Below are positions 10,150-21,706 of a DNA stretch of 64,000 bases, piece by piece. Made by a program: the position numbers and the translations under genes. The first letter of the stretch is position 1. The number at the start of each line of letters is the position of its first letter. The DNA is from Candidatus Cloacimonadales bacterium (GTDB lineage Bacteria > Cloacimonadota > Cloacimonadia > Cloacimonadales > DAONDQ01): the NCBI GenBank assembly GCA_963662275.1, contig OY759316.1, positions 1,376,001-1,440,000 on the forward strand, written 5' to 3'. The notes below the pieces were generated by a model. It made no database searches. It was not told the DNA's origin and worked only from the letters and a program-made list of their open reading frames with translations.

Positions 10150-10926
10150 TCAGAATTTGTACTCTAAACTTACCCCACTTAAATCATCTGAGGGTGCAAT
10201 TGCCAGTTTTGGCGTAGTTCTGATAACAAGTTCTGCGATAAAAAACCCAAGTACAGTACCTGTAAATACATCAGAACTCCAATGCTTCTGATCATGAACC
10301 CGTGCAAAACAGGTTAAAGTCGCGCCTGAATAAGCCAGGGGAGGTGCCCACCAAGTGTTTTTATATTGTTCTGCCACGATGGTTGCCATTGAAAAAGCAA
10401 TGATTGCATGACCGGAAGGAAATGAGTCATGCTGGAGGGAAAAACCTGACTTAAACCAGAATTGCTTTCCTTTATCAGCTTGGGGTCTATTTCGTTGAGA
10501 GCTATATTTCAAGACAGAAACAGTGCCTCCTCCAATAAGCATTGTCTTAAACATCAAGGCACCTGTATCTTGTGTTTTAGCAGATCGGACAAGATAACCG
10601 CTCATCCAGACAACACTTACCCCGGGGAACATATATTTTCCATCGCCGAAGAAGTTCCCTACTTGAGCAGCATTGTGAGTAAAATTACTCCTGTGATCAT
10701 GTACCCAAGTATTTATATCTTCATCATATAGATATAATCCTGTGCCTAATGCAACAGCGCTTCCGGCGGTCAGCCAGTCAGTTGTTTTCCATCGTATGGG
10801 AGCAGTAATTTCCTTTTGAATAGTTATTGGGTATGAAAGAAGATACTGCTTTATATAGCTTCTATCTTCAGCATGAAGCATGAATATACATGATAAAATA
10901 GCCATAATGATAAACAGTCTAGGCAT
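10150..10926 (-). CDS. PAP2 family phosphatase
   Basis: K..SQRNRP, SFPSGH, ARV....HWSSDV motifs; signal peptide. Confidence 0.9.
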   Translation of the reverse strand: MPRLFIIMAILSCIFMLHAEDRSYIKQYLLSYPITIQKEITAPIRWKTTDWLTAGSAVALGTGLYLYDEDINTWVHDHRSNFTHNAAQVGNFFGDGKYMFPGVSVVWMSGYLVRSAKTQDTGALMFKTMLIGGGTVSVLKYSSQRNRPQADKGKQFWFKSGFSLQHDSFPSGHAIIAFSMATIVAEQYKNTWWAPPLAYSGATLTCFARVHDQKHWSSDVFTGTVLGFFIAELVIRTTPKLAIAPSDDLSGVSLEYKF

Positions 10927-11068
10927 AAATTAAAGTAAACCTCTTTAACGATGATAAAATGTAAACACTTCTATTTTCTCTATGAAGTCAACATTTAAGT
11001 AAAGACGATCAACTTATCTATATTGATTCATCATCATTTGAAAGATATCTTAGAAGTAATACCTACTT

Positions 11069-11575
11069 TTAAAAGGGTTCAAATCGATTAATTCTCCAAA
11101 AAATAACTTCTGCATCATGCTGAATCTTAAGTACATCATTATAGTGCATAGTTTCCCATTCTACGAGCATTCCGAAGAATTTCTGCAGGATAGCGTTACT
11201 TGATTCAATTTGGCATTTTTGATAAAAGTCAATAGCATTTTTTTCTAATAAAACGGCAGTTGAAATAGCTGAAAAAAGGATCTGGCTTTCTCCAATTCGG
11301 GAAATAAATTCTTCTGAAATCGAAGGACTGATCATTTCATGAGTTATTGGTTCTACAGACCATATCTCACTTGGTTCCTTGTCTGCATTAAATTGATGAA
11401 AGTATGTAAGAAGATAATTATAATGCATTTGCTCTTCTTTTACTCTATCTGTAAAGAAAGCTTGTACTTGGGGATCATTAGAGTTGCTAGCTGCAGACTG
11501 ATAAAGCGTGATGCTATTCATTTCAGCTTTCATACCATCTTTTAGAGAAGCTATAAGAGATTCTTTAACCAACAT
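11069..11575 (-). CDS. Ferritin-like/rubrerythrin family protein
   Basis: Two E..(E)xxH di-iron modules (EEQMH, WETMH); FEPF C-terminus. Confidence 0.85.
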   Translation of the reverse strand: MLVKESLIASLKDGMKAEMNSITLYQSAASNSNDPQVQAFFTDRVKEEQMHYNYLLTYFHQFNADKEPSEIWSVEPITHEMISPSISEEFISRIGESQILFSAISTAVLLEKNAIDFYQKCQIESSNAILQKFFGMLVEWETMHYNDVLKIQHDAEVIFWRINRFEPF

Positions 11576-11654
11576 TTTTCCTCCATTTATTAAATATAAT
11601 GCAGTGATATCCTGGAAAAAGCAAAGTAATTTTATTTACGGGTCAATTGATTGA

Positions 11655-12434
11655 TCAAGAATGTAGAATCAAATCATAGATAATTTTACTTAACAACAGG
11701 ATTAATGCAGCTATGAAGATAGGTCTGATGATCTTCGATCCTTTTCTGACTACCATTTTCGAACCTGCCAGATTACCCGCAATTCCACATAATCCAGCGG
11801 GAATAGCTAATAGAAAGATAACCTTATGTGCTATCAGAAATGCTAACGTTGCAGCAATATTGGATGCAAGGTTCACAACCTTTGTATTACCATTTGCTAC
11901 GACAAAATCATACTTTAAAAGCAAAGTGAAAAAAAGGATGAGGAAAGTCCCAGTCCCCGGTCCGAAGAACCCATCATAGAATCCAATCACTAATCCAGCC
12001 AAACCGCCAAGCCATAATTTCTTCTGCAGTGATAAAGATGCGGACGTATTATGAATTCCCATGTTCTTATTCAACAGTGTGAATATGGTGATGGCAGGTA
12101 TCAGAATTACTAATAGATAATGCAGGAAATGCGGATCAAGCAACAGTACTGTCCGTGTTCCAAGATATGAACCGATCAACGCTAAAACTGCACTTGTAAT
12201 TGCTACTGGAACATCAATCATGCCATGCCTGAAGTATCTGCCAGTGGCAAAGATTGTACCGGAACAAGAGGAGAATTTGTTATTTGCTAAGGCAAAATGA
12301 GGAGGTAATCCCGCAGCTAAATATGCTGGAACTGTGATTAATCCACCTCCTCCTGCGATGGCATCAATCAAGCCACCTAGGAATATAAACGGTAATATGA
12401 TAAGGTACATTTCCAATGTCAAATGAATCATCAA
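11655..12434 (-). CDS. TauE/SafE (TSUP) family membrane transporter
   Basis: GLIDAIAGGGGLITVP and GFYDGFFGPGTGTF. Confidence 0.92.
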   Translation of the reverse strand: MMIHLTLEMYLIILPFIFLGGLIDAIAGGGGLITVPAYLAAGLPPHFALANNKFSSCSGTIFATGRYFRHGMIDVPVAITSAVLALIGSYLGTRTVLLLDPHFLHYLLVILIPAITIFTLLNKNMGIHNTSASLSLQKKLWLGGLAGLVIGFYDGFFGPGTGTFLILFFTLLLKYDFVVANGNTKVVNLASNIAATLAFLIAHKVIFLLAIPAGLCGIAGNLAGSKMVVRKGSKIIRPIFIAALILLLSKIIYDLILHS

Positions 12435-12686
12435 TTTCTCCTCTCGTTTGTACTTTGATTTGTACTAAACTTCGGTCAAGAGTTTTGTAGCATGAATAGG
12501 GAATAATAACGCAAACCCTGATAAGAAGATTTGACAAAGTCAAATACAAATAATATAATACATTTGATAAGAAGAATATTCTTGACGATTATCAAATACC
12601 TATATATATGAATGTCGTTCATTGATAATAAGTATAAAATTAGGGAGATTGTCGCCTGATTTTTATAATTTGTACAGGAGATATAT

Positions 12687-15600
12687 ATGAAATTAGCAGT
12701 TTTTGTTTTTATGATTTCCATAATCATTAGCGGATTAAGTGCACAGGTTCTTTCCAACTATACATATTCTAATACGAACAGTCCGTATATAGAAATTGTT
12801 GGTGGTACGGTATTGGGAAGTGATACAACAACGAATCAGTATTTCACGGATCCTGCAGTACCTCTGGGTAATACAGGAACAACCACCGGAACCGGCTTTC
12901 CCATCGGGTTTAATTTTGTCTTCAATGGGCATACATTCGATCGGGTGGGTGTATGCGCAGATGGCTGGATTAGTCTCGGCTCTTCCAGCTATGCACCTTC
13001 TGTCAATTTGAATAGCACCAACCGTATTCTTCCCTTAAGCAGCCTCTATAGTATCAACCCTGCTCACTTAGTAACAAGAGTTTCTGCCATGGGTATCGAT
13101 CTATCTGCACAGACAGGGGCATCGATACTGATTTCCACAATCGGTGTAGCTCCCAATCGTGAATTCGTTGTTCAGTGGAAAGGATATAAAAAGACTGCAG
13201 GAACGGGTGATAATTTCAACTTCCAGATACGTCTTACTGAAACTTCGAATATCATCAGCATCACTTATGGCAGCATTACAAACAATGCCACAGCAGCCTC
13301 GCCTCAGGTCGGGATTCGCGTAGAGCCCGCTGCAACAGCTACGAATTATCGCAATCGCAGCACTACCACGAGCTGGATGAGTACTATCGAAGGAGCTGCT
13401 GCAACAGCAACCTGCACGCTTTCCAACGCTGTCTATCCTGCCAGTGGAACTATGTTCACTTGGACACCACCTGCTTCGATCTCCGGTAATTTCGTCATCG
13501 GTGCCGGAGGTGATTTTGCCAGTTTTACAACAGCTATTAATTATCTGAATGGAATTGTAACGAATAGTGGTATTGGACCAGGAGGTATCACCTTTTATGT
13601 ACCTGCCGGTTCTGTATTTATAGAAAATCCTCCGGCTATAACACTGAGCGCGCTCTCAGATCGCCCCATCCGTTTCCTGAAAAGCGGGAGTGGTCTGAAT
13701 CCTGTCATAAAAGCAACAGGTACAGCAGTTGCAACGGATGCCATCATTACGTTGAGTGGTGCAGACTGGTATACCTTCGATGGTATTGATTTGGCAAATG
13801 CAGATGGAACCACTGCCATGGAATATGGCTATTTTCTGAATGCCCTCAGCTATAACGGTTGTGAAAATAACACGATCAGCAACGGTAAAGTAACTCTTTC
13901 CTATGCAACTACCGCTTCAAAAGGAATCTATTCCTACGGTTTTGCATACTCGCCCAATAAAGCGAATCGATTTGAAAACATGACTTTAGAGAATATGATC
14001 AATGGCGTTTATTTGCTCGGAAGTGCCGGTTCTCCTATGGAAACCAATTATAACCAATCAGAGGTTGTGACTGGGTGTACATTCAGTGAGATTACTGCCT
14101 ACGGCATTTATGTTTACTATGAAACAGCTTGTGAACTATCCAATAATACGATCAGCATGCATACTGGAAACGCGCTTGCCTTTTATGGAATCTGTTTTTA
14201 TTCAAACAATGGCAGTGCCCAGATCAACGGCAATATCATTACCGGTGGAAGTAATACGAATGCTTCTTATGGTATTTACTATTTAGGTGCTAATGGTTCG
14301 ATCTATGACAATTCAGTCAGCGGTTTTACTTCCCCAAACACATCTGTAACAGGTATCTTTGTTGGTGATGGGATCGCCAACGTGTATCAAAACACGGTTC
14401 ATTCTATCAGTTGCTATGGCAATGCTACTGGAATCCAGGTAGTTGCAGCTGTTGACCAGGCAAATGTATATCGGAATGAAATCTACAATTTGACATGTAA
14501 TTATACGTCATCCGGGTATATAGCAACCGGGCTCAGTGTTGGCGGAACTTTATCCACGGTCTCTAATAATCTGATCTATAAAATATCCTGTCCAGGCAGT
14601 GCTCTACCAAAAGTAATTGGTATCACAGTAATCAGCGGAACCACTATCCGTCTTCTGAATAATACGGTATTACTGAAGTCTGATGCTGTATCCAACGGTG
14701 GTTCAGCTGCCTTGTTCATCAATAGTGAAATTCCAGCGCTTGAGCTTCAGAATAACATATTCGTCAACCTATATATGCCGGGAACAAGAGCTGTAGCAAT
14801 GTGGAAGTATTCTGCCGGATTTTCGAGGATAACCGCCAACAGCGACCGTAATATCTATTATGCAGGAACTCCAAGCGCAACGCACTTGATCTGCTATGCC
14901 GGAACAAATTCTTATCAGACTTTGACAGATTATAAAACAGCTAACACTGATAAAGACCAGGGTTCATTCACTGAAAACGTACCATTCATTAGTAGTGTCG
15001 ACCCAATGAATGTGCATATCAGCAGCAGTACACCTACGCGGGTGGAGGGAAATGCCATTCCCATCGTGGATGTGACAAACGATTTTGACGAAGATGTGAG
15101 GAATGCAACTACTCCTGATATCGGAGCTGATGAAGGAGCATTTACATCCCTGGGACAAGTGCCTAATATAGTCAACATGCCCCTACCCGCTAATGGCTCC
15201 ATCGCCCAATCACCTGCTTCTTCCTTATCCTGGACAGCAGGCTTGGAAGGTGGTGTTCCTACTGGTTACAAAATATTTCTTGGTACTGACGGCGGTGGTG
15301 CTGTTACTCCAACCAATGTTTGTAATGGATTAGATTTGGGCGATGTACTGAGCTATACACCCAGTCCTGTACTGCAATACTTGACCACCTACTATTGGAA
15401 AGTGGTTCCATACAATGAGATCGGAGATGCTGAAAACTGCCCTATTTGGGGTTTTGGTACTCATGATTTGCCACTGACAGGTATCAAGACAATCGGCAGT
15501 ACAGGCTACTACCATAGCTTTGATGAAGCGATCCGTCATTTGAATGCAGCAGGTGTGGGAGTTGGTGGGGTCACGTTTTCAGTAGCAGCGGGCGAAACAT

Positions 15601-18600
15601 TTCTTGAAAACCCCGTACCTATCACTGCTACAGGAACAGCAGTTGATTCTATACTTTTCACGACGGATGGCAGTTCCATTACTCACCCCATCCTGAGAGC
15701 AAATGGAACAACAGGCAATTATGGAATCAAAATCGAAGGCGGAGATCACATTACATTTGACGGTATCGATATTGCAAACCGAGTCGGATCTACAAATCTT
15801 GTTAATGGTTATTGGATACTTGGATTAACAGGCAATGGAGCTTCCAATATTGAGATCAGGAACTGCAACATCACTTTATCCCGTTCTGTCACTTCTTATG
15901 GTATCAGTGCTACAACAGTGACAGGGGCAACGAATAATGATCTCAATATTCATTCCAATACGATTGATAATGCCACATATTCTGTTAATCTTGTTGGTGT
16001 TACAGGCACTCAAAACATCATGGTCACTAATAATACGATCACGAATACCAGCACCGGCGTTTACGTGAATTACGGTTCTGCCACATCTATTTCACTGAAC
16101 CACATTTCCTTCCCAAGCAACTCTACAGTGCCCTTAACAGGTATAAATGCCTCCTATCTCACCAATGGTCTGATTTTTAGCAATGTCATCAGCAGCGGTC
16201 ATACTACAAGTACCATTACTGCCTTGTACGCCTATTACGGCACAACTTCCTGGTTCGGGAATAGCGTTAATAACTTAAGCTGCAGTTCATCTCTGTATGG
16301 CTGGGCTTGCTTCACAGGTACTCATTCTGTTTATAATAACGAGATATCAGGCTTAAGCACCGTCTCTTCCGTGTATGGAATCAATCTATCTCCAGGTTCA
16401 TCCTATACTGCTAATGTAAGAGCTTACGGTAACAAAATTCACGATCTCACAAGCACGACTGCCGGTAATTACATGTGTTGTGGCATCTACAGTTACGGTT
16501 TAGGAACAAATGTCATATACAACAACTACATCTTTGATTTGAAAAATAACAGTGGTTCAACAGCTCCGCAAGTGCGGGGAGTTTGCTTTGAATCTTCAAG
16601 TACAGCCGAAGAATTATATTTCAATACGATATACCTGAATGCAACCGGAACAAACGCTAACTACTCCACTGCTGCTCTTTACTCCTCAATAACAGGCTCT
16701 CTGCGTATGAATAATAATATCTTCGTAAATCAAAGTACGCATGGCACAACAGGTAAAACAGTGTCTTTCTGGAAGAATAATACCGGTTTTGATAATCTGC
16801 ATGCAGATACAGACAAGAACATCTATTACGCAGGAACTCCAGATGCAACACGTTTGATCTGCTACAATGGCACAACGTCCTACCAGTTGTTGGATGATTA
16901 CAAAGCGGCAAACCCCGGTAAAGACCAAGGTTCTTTCTCAGAAAATACGCCTTTCGTGAGTAGTAGTGCTCCCTTCGATATGCACATCAATCCTGCTCTT
17001 CCCACGAGAGTGGAAAGCAACGGCATTTCGATTTCCGGTATCACTACAGACTATGATAATGATCTGCGAAACGTAACCACTCCCGATATCGGGGCAGATG
17101 AAGGTAACTTTTCACCTGTTGTTGAATTACCTGTGCCTGCGATTGCCTATTATCCTACGAATACAGAGATCGTTGTTCCCTTAAGAGCTACCCTGAGCTG
17201 GTTTCCCGGTTCAGGTGGCGGTAATGTAGCTGGTTACAGGATATATTTGGGAACTGATAATCCTCCAACCAATGTCCTTAATGGAACTGACATTGGAGAT
17301 GTATTCACTTATACTCTCGGTGCGGATTTGAATTATCTAACCCTCTACAATTGGCAGATCGTTCCCTACAATAGCCAGGGATCTGCACTGAACTGTCCTG
17401 TGTGGACTTTTGAAACACTCGATGTTCCAATGACTGGTGCAAAGACAATCGGACAGTTCGGTACTTATCCCAACTTTACAATTGCTATCAGACATTTGAA
17501 TGCAGATGGAGTTGGTACGAATGGCGTTACTTTCAACGTTGCAGCAGGGGAAATATTTACTGAAAATCCACCTGCCATTATCACTAGCGGTACTTCCACT
17601 AAACCCATTCTTTTCCAAAGTTCCGATTCCCTTCTTACCAATCCGGTGTTGAAAGCCACTGGTGGAACGAATACCTTCGGAATCAAGATCAGTGGGGGAG
17701 ACTACTTTACTTTTGACCGGATCGATATAACCAATGTTGGCGTTGCAACTAACCTTACATATGGATTTTGGTTGGATGGACTCAACAGTAACGGTGCTCT
17801 ATATAATACGATCAAAAACTGCCATATTACACTATCCAAAACCAATACTTCTTCCTGTAGTATATACTCCAATGGTATTTCGAATGGGACAAATAACAAT
17901 CTCAATCTGAGCGGTAACACGATAGATAATGTCTATACCGGCATTTACCTGGGTAATAACGGAATAACGAATAACATAATGATTCAGGATAACCATCTTA
18001 CAAATGTCAGTTCATATGGTATCAGGCAAATGAATAGTACAAATACAACGATCCAGGGAAATCAAATTGAAATGGCAGCCGGTAATACTACAGCATTCTA
18101 TGGACTAAGGTCAGAATCCGGGAATAACACCGGTACCTATAGTTCAAATGTAATAATAGGTGCTACTACGAATTCATCCTTTGGTGGAATCTATACCTGG
18201 TATGGTACTATGCTAATCACTGGAAATGAAGTTAAGTCTTTTATCAGTACCGGTACGGCACAGTCCTATGGTATTTACACACAATATGGTACTCCAACAG
18301 TGACGAATAATCATGTTCATTCACTCAGCGGTAATTGTTCAATCATAGGGATTGACCGTTATGGAACTGGCAGTAGCAAGACAACCGGTAATCACATCCA
18401 TGATATTTCCTATACAGGAAGCTCAAGCTACTTTGTGACAGGTATGCTATTGAGTGGTTCTACCGGAGCAGCTTCCAATAATATGATCTACGATCTTCGG
18501 AATGCAGGTGGAAATACCGCTCCCCAGGTTCGCGGAATGCATATCAGCACTTGTAATTCAAATCCAATATCTTACAATAGCATCCTATTGAATACTTCGG

Positions 18601-20918
18601 GAACGAATGCCAACTTCTCTACGGCAGCGCTGTACCTGGAAAGCGGAACAACAATCAAATTTAAAAACAATATCTTTATGAATCTAAGTTCACCAGGGTC
18701 AGCCGGATTAGCCGTCGCTATCTGGAATACACTTTCAGGCTTTTCGAATATATCTACAGATTCGAACAATAACATCTATTATGCAGGCTCACCTTGGACA
18801 AAGAACCTGATCAGCTATAATGCAACGATTCCTCATGTTACGATGAGCGATTATCTCACAGCTATAGCAGATCGAGACCAGGGCTCTTTTACGGAATCGG
18901 TTCCTTTCATAAGTATCATTGACCCTGTTGATTTACATATTCGTAGCGATCTACCAACTCGAGTGGAAGGGAATGCTATACCTGTAACAGGTATGACAGA
19001 TGATTACGATGGCAATATTCGAAATGCCTATACTCCTGATATCGGTGCTGATGAAGGGGATTTCGAACCGATTCCCGGTCCACCATTATCCCCAATTGTC
19101 ATTTCTCCAGCTCACTTGGCGGAGAATATTGCTCTGAATGCCCAATTATCCTGGGTTCCAGGAGCTGGCGGTTTACCCACAAGTTATGATGTATACCTGG
19201 GTACGGTGAATCCGCCACCTTATGTTGCAACTGTGGAAGCAGCCTCCTACATGCCGACTCTCTTGCCTCAAACAACATACTACTGGAAAATAAAAGCCGT
19301 CAATAGTTACGGTGAAGCAATGAGTTTAGTGTGGAACTTTGTTACAAGAGATGACTTCACGATTTATGACATTACTTTTGCTGAAGGTTTTGAAGCCGGC
19401 AATACCAATGGAAGTACTTCAATAAACCGTTGGACTCAACAACTGCAATCCAATTCTTCATACTGGACTGCGAATAGCGTGAACACTACTTATAATCGGA
19501 CTCCACGAACAGGTGCCTTCAACGTCACTCTCGCTAATACTGGGAATTGCTGGCTGTTCCGTCCTATGGTTATGGATAGCACGATCACTTATGAAATGAG
19601 TGTATGGGTAAGACAGAATACGAATACTTTATCACAAGCTTCTCTCAAAATAGCCTACGGTACTTCACCTTCTTCTGTTTACATGACACATAATATCCTA
19701 ACAACTACGAACTTTACCTATGGCGATTATCAGAATCTGGTTGGTACTTTTAAACCCGATACACCTGGTCTGTATTATATCGGAATCCAGGGCATTGTTT
19801 CAGGAGCTTACAACTACATCAGTATGGACGATATATCCATCTATGAACACGTGCCTATTCCCATTTTTTCAGTCACGCCTGAATTGTGGTATTTCGGTAG
19901 AGTGGATGTCGGTTCTTCCAGTGTGGCAAAGGACTTCATCATCACCAATACAGGGGATGCTGACCTGATTATAAATCGAGAAAATGTGAATATCATTGGT
20001 TTGGGTGCTGCAAGTTATCAACTGACACCTATCCCGGATATCATAACACTACATGCTGGTCAGACGTATACGATGTATGTCACATTTGCGCCGATAGCCA
20101 TCGATATCCAGGAAGCTGAACTTCAAATCATTGATAACACTTCCCAAAGAGGAACTCATTCTATACCGCTTACCGGAAGAGGTATCGGACCACTGCCCGT
20201 TCCGATGATGATGGATTTCGAAACCGGTTGGGATGACTGGGTCGTTGTGAATGGAACCCAGGCAAACAAATGGCAGACGAGTGCCCTGGACTTCTACGGT
20301 GGTTTAAGGGCAGCTTACATCAGTAATGATGATGGAAGCACAATCGGTTATGATACAGGTACTGCATCAGTTACCCATTTCTATCATGATATCCAGTTCC
20401 CTGCGGATATGAGTAATATACACCTGATCTTCAACTGGAAAGACAGGGGCGAAGCGGATTGCGATTACCTGTCAGTTCATCTGGTGGATCTCTCCGTAGT
20501 GCCCGTGGCTGGAGAAGAACTCAACACCGGTTTGCTGGGTACAAACTACCAGGATGAAATTGATTGGCAGAGTACGAGAATTAACCTGAATCCCACCCTT
20601 GCCGGACAAGCAAAACGCTTGGTCTTTACTTGGACAAATAATGGCAGTGGAGGAGTACAACTTCCTGCCTGTGTCGATAAAATACGCATCCTCGGCAATG
20701 TCCCACCCCTTGATATGCCACTGAATCTGCAAATGAGTGCCGATGGCTCGAATATCACCATCATCTTTGATCCTGTGACGAACGCCAATGAATATGAACT
20801 CGAAGATGCCGATATGTACGACAGTACCTTCAATTTTATTCTACGCAGCGGAAATCCCCAGTTCACCATGCCTGGTGTATATTCCCGTAGATTCTTCAGG
20901 ATAAGGGCAGGAGAATAG
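12687..20918 (+). CDS. Very large secreted/surface protein with three beta-helix + FN3-like modules, then adhesin-like and Ig-like domains
   Basis: Signal peptide; three modules each with NIYYAG..DQGSF..PTRVE..TPDIGADEG followed by YYWK-type FN3; C-terminal RRFFRIRA. Confidence 0.85.
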   Translation: MKLAVFVFMISIIISGLSAQVLSNYTYSNTNSPYIEIVGGTVLGSDTTTNQYFTDPAVPLGNTGTTTGTGFPIGFNFVFNGHTFDRVGVCADGWISLGSSSYAPSVNLNSTNRILPLSSLYSINPAHLVTRVSAMGIDLSAQTGASILISTIGVAPNREFVVQWKGYKKTAGTGDNFNFQIRLTETSNIISITYGSITNNATAASPQVGIRVEPAATATNYRNRSTTTSWMSTIEGAAATATCTLSNAVYPASGTMFTWTPPASISGNFVIGAGGDFASFTTAINYLNGIVTNSGIGPGGITFYVPAGSVFIENPPAITLSALSDRPIRFLKSGSGLNPVIKATGTAVATDAIITLSGADWYTFDGIDLANADGTTAMEYGYFLNALSYNGCENNTISNGKVTLSYATTASKGIYSYGFAYSPNKANRFENMTLENMINGVYLLGSAGSPMETNYNQSEVVTGCTFSEITAYGIYVYYETACELSNNTISMHTGNALAFYGICFYSNNGSAQINGNIITGGSNTNASYGIYYLGANGSIYDNSVSGFTSPNTSVTGIFVGDGIANVYQNTVHSISCYGNATGIQVVAAVDQANVYRNEIYNLTCNYTSSGYIATGLSVGGTLSTVSNNLIYKISCPGSALPKVIGITVISGTTIRLLNNTVLLKSDAVSNGGSAALFINSEIPALELQNNIFVNLYMPGTRAVAMWKYSAGFSRITANSDRNIYYAGTPSATHLICYAGTNSYQTLTDYKTANTDKDQGSFTENVPFISSVDPMNVHISSSTPTRVEGNAIPIVDVTNDFDEDVRNATTPDIGADEGAFTSLGQVPNIVNMPLPANGSIAQSPASSLSWTAGLEGGVPTGYKIFLGTDGGGAVTPTNVCNGLDLGDVLSYTPSPVLQYLTTYYWKVVPYNEIGDAENCPIWGFGTHDLPLTGIKTIGSTGYYHSFDEAIRHLNAAGVGVGGVTFSVAAGETFLENPVPITATGTAVDSILFTTDGSSITHPILRANGTTGNYGIKIEGGDHITFDGIDIANRVGSTNLVNGYWILGLTGNGASNIEIRNCNITLSRSVTSYGISATTVTGATNNDLNIHSNTIDNATYSVNLVGVTGTQNIMVTNNTITNTSTGVYVNYGSATSISLNHISFPSNSTVPLTGINASYLTNGLIFSNVISSGHTTSTITALYAYYGTTSWFGNSVNNLSCSSSLYGWACFTGTHSVYNNEISGLSTVSSVYGINLSPGSSYTANVRAYGNKIHDLTSTTAGNYMCCGIYSYGLGTNVIYNNYIFDLKNNSGSTAPQVRGVCFESSSTAEELYFNTIYLNATGTNANYSTAALYSSITGSLRMNNNIFVNQSTHGTTGKTVSFWKNNTGFDNLHADTDKNIYYAGTPDATRLICYNGTTSYQLLDDYKAANPGKDQGSFSENTPFVSSSAPFDMHINPALPTRVESNGISISGITTDYDNDLRNVTTPDIGADEGNFSPVVELPVPAIAYYPTNTEIVVPLRATLSWFPGSGGGNVAGYRIYLGTDNPPTNVLNGTDIGDVFTYTLGADLNYLTLYNWQIVPYNSQGSALNCPVWTFETLDVPMTGAKTIGQFGTYPNFTIAIRHLNADGVGTNGVTFNVAAGEIFTENPPAIITSGTSTKPILFQSSDSLLTNPVLKATGGTNTFGIKISGGDYFTFDRIDITNVGVATNLTYGFWLDGLNSNGALYNTIKNCHITLSKTNTSSCSIYSNGISNGTNNNLNLSGNTIDNVYTGIYLGNNGITNNIMIQDNHLTNVSSYGIRQMNSTNTTIQGNQIEMAAGNTTAFYGLRSESGNNTGTYSSNVIIGATTNSSFGGIYTWYGTMLITGNEVKSFISTGTAQSYGIYTQYGTPTVTNNHVHSLSGNCSIIGIDRYGTGSSKTTGNHIHDISYTGSSSYFVTGMLLSGSTGAASNNMIYDLRNAGGNTAPQVRGMHISTCNSNPISYNSILLNTSGTNANFSTAALYLESGTTIKFKNNIFMNLSSPGSAGLAVAIWNTLSGFSNISTDSNNNIYYAGSPWTKNLISYNATIPHVTMSDYLTAIADRDQGSFTESVPFISIIDPVDLHIRSDLPTRVEGNAIPVTGMTDDYDGNIRNAYTPDIGADEGDFEPIPGPPLSPIVISPAHLAENIALNAQLSWVPGAGGLPTSYDVYLGTVNPPPYVATVEAASYMPTLLPQTTYYWKIKAVNSYGEAMSLVWNFVTRDDFTIYDITFAEGFEAGNTNGSTSINRWTQQLQSNSSYWTANSVNTTYNRTPRTGAFNVTLANTGNCWLFRPMVMDSTITYEMSVWVRQNTNTLSQASLKIAYGTSPSSVYMTHNILTTTNFTYGDYQNLVGTFKPDTPGLYYIGIQGIVSGAYNYISMDDISIYEHVPIPIFSVTPELWYFGRVDVGSSSVAKDFIITNTGDADLIINRENVNIIGLGAASYQLTPIPDIITLHAGQTYTMYVTFAPIAIDIQEAELQIIDNTSQRGTHSIPLTGRGIGPLPVPMMMDFETGWDDWVVVNGTQANKWQTSALDFYGGLRAAYISNDDGSTIGYDTGTASVTHFYHDIQFPADMSNIHLIFNWKDRGEADCDYLSVHLVDLSVVPVAGEELNTGLLGTNYQDEIDWQSTRINLNPTLAGQAKRLVFTWTNNGSGGVQLPACVDKIRILGNVPPLDMPLNLQMSADGSNITIIFDPVTNANEYELEDADMYDSTFNFILRSGNPQFTMPGVYSRRFFRIRAGE

Positions 20919-21035
20919 AATTAAAAATTAAAAATTAAAAATTGCAGAGCAGACCAATCTGGTTCCCCTCCCATTTACACCCCTAACCGAGGGGGGATGA
21001 AGGAGTGTTGTTTCATTTAGGGGAGAGCTAGTTCT
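20919..21035 (+). repeat. (AATTAAA)3-AATTGCAGAG array followed by an interrupted copy of the DUF559-flanking hairpin repeat
   Basis: ggttcccctcccattt (20961-20976) and ttaggggagagctagttct (21017-21035) match the two ends of the reverse complement of 61405-61452. Confidence 0.85.
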
Positions 21036-21310
21036 TCTCTTCTCACTTTTATTTTTAACTTTTGAGAGCGTTCATTATATTGGGTCTTAAAAGAGGCTCA
21101 AAGGTGCTTGACAAAAAGGTTTGGACGAAATTAAGCTCGTGTCATGATTTAATGAAATAAAAAGATGTCCCCAATGTGGTAGTCTTCACACAAAGATCTG
21201 ATGCATTTTGACTTCGCTCAATAACCATCAAATCAACCAACGACTTAAGTAGTTGCTACCATTCTACAAATAATCCTTGACCAAAGTTCAAACTTGGATA
21301 TGATATATTT

Positions 21311-21706
21311 ATGAATAAAGATGAATTAACCCGATATTGGCTAGAATCAGCTAAAATGGATTATAGTACGATGGATAAACTTCTCCAAATGAAAGAATAT
21401 CCATGGTCTTTATTTATTGGGCAATTAGTCATCGAAAAGGTATTGAAAGCAATATATACTAAAAAATTTGGAAAGGATGTTCCTCGATTACATGATTTAT
21501 CACGCTTGGCTGTGTTGTCTAAGATAGAAATATCCCAATCACAATTAGATATTTTGGATGTTATTTCTTCTTTTAATATGAATGCTCGTTATCCAGATGT
21601 GAAAATGACATTTTACAAAACATGTACAGAAGAATACACAACAAAACAATTAGCTATCATAAAGGACGTGTACCAATGGCTGCTTTCATTGATCAAAATG
21701 AATTAA
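21311..21706 (+). CDS. HEPN domain protein (HEPN/MNT pair)
   Basis: EKVLKA, PRLHDL and ARYPD motifs; overlaps the downstream MNT gene. Confidence 0.9.
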   Translation: MNKDELTRYWLESAKMDYSTMDKLLQMKEYPWSLFIGQLVIEKVLKAIYTKKFGKDVPRLHDLSRLAVLSKIEISQSQLDILDVISSFNMNARYPDVKMTFYKTCTEEYTTKQLAIIKDVYQWLLSLIKMN

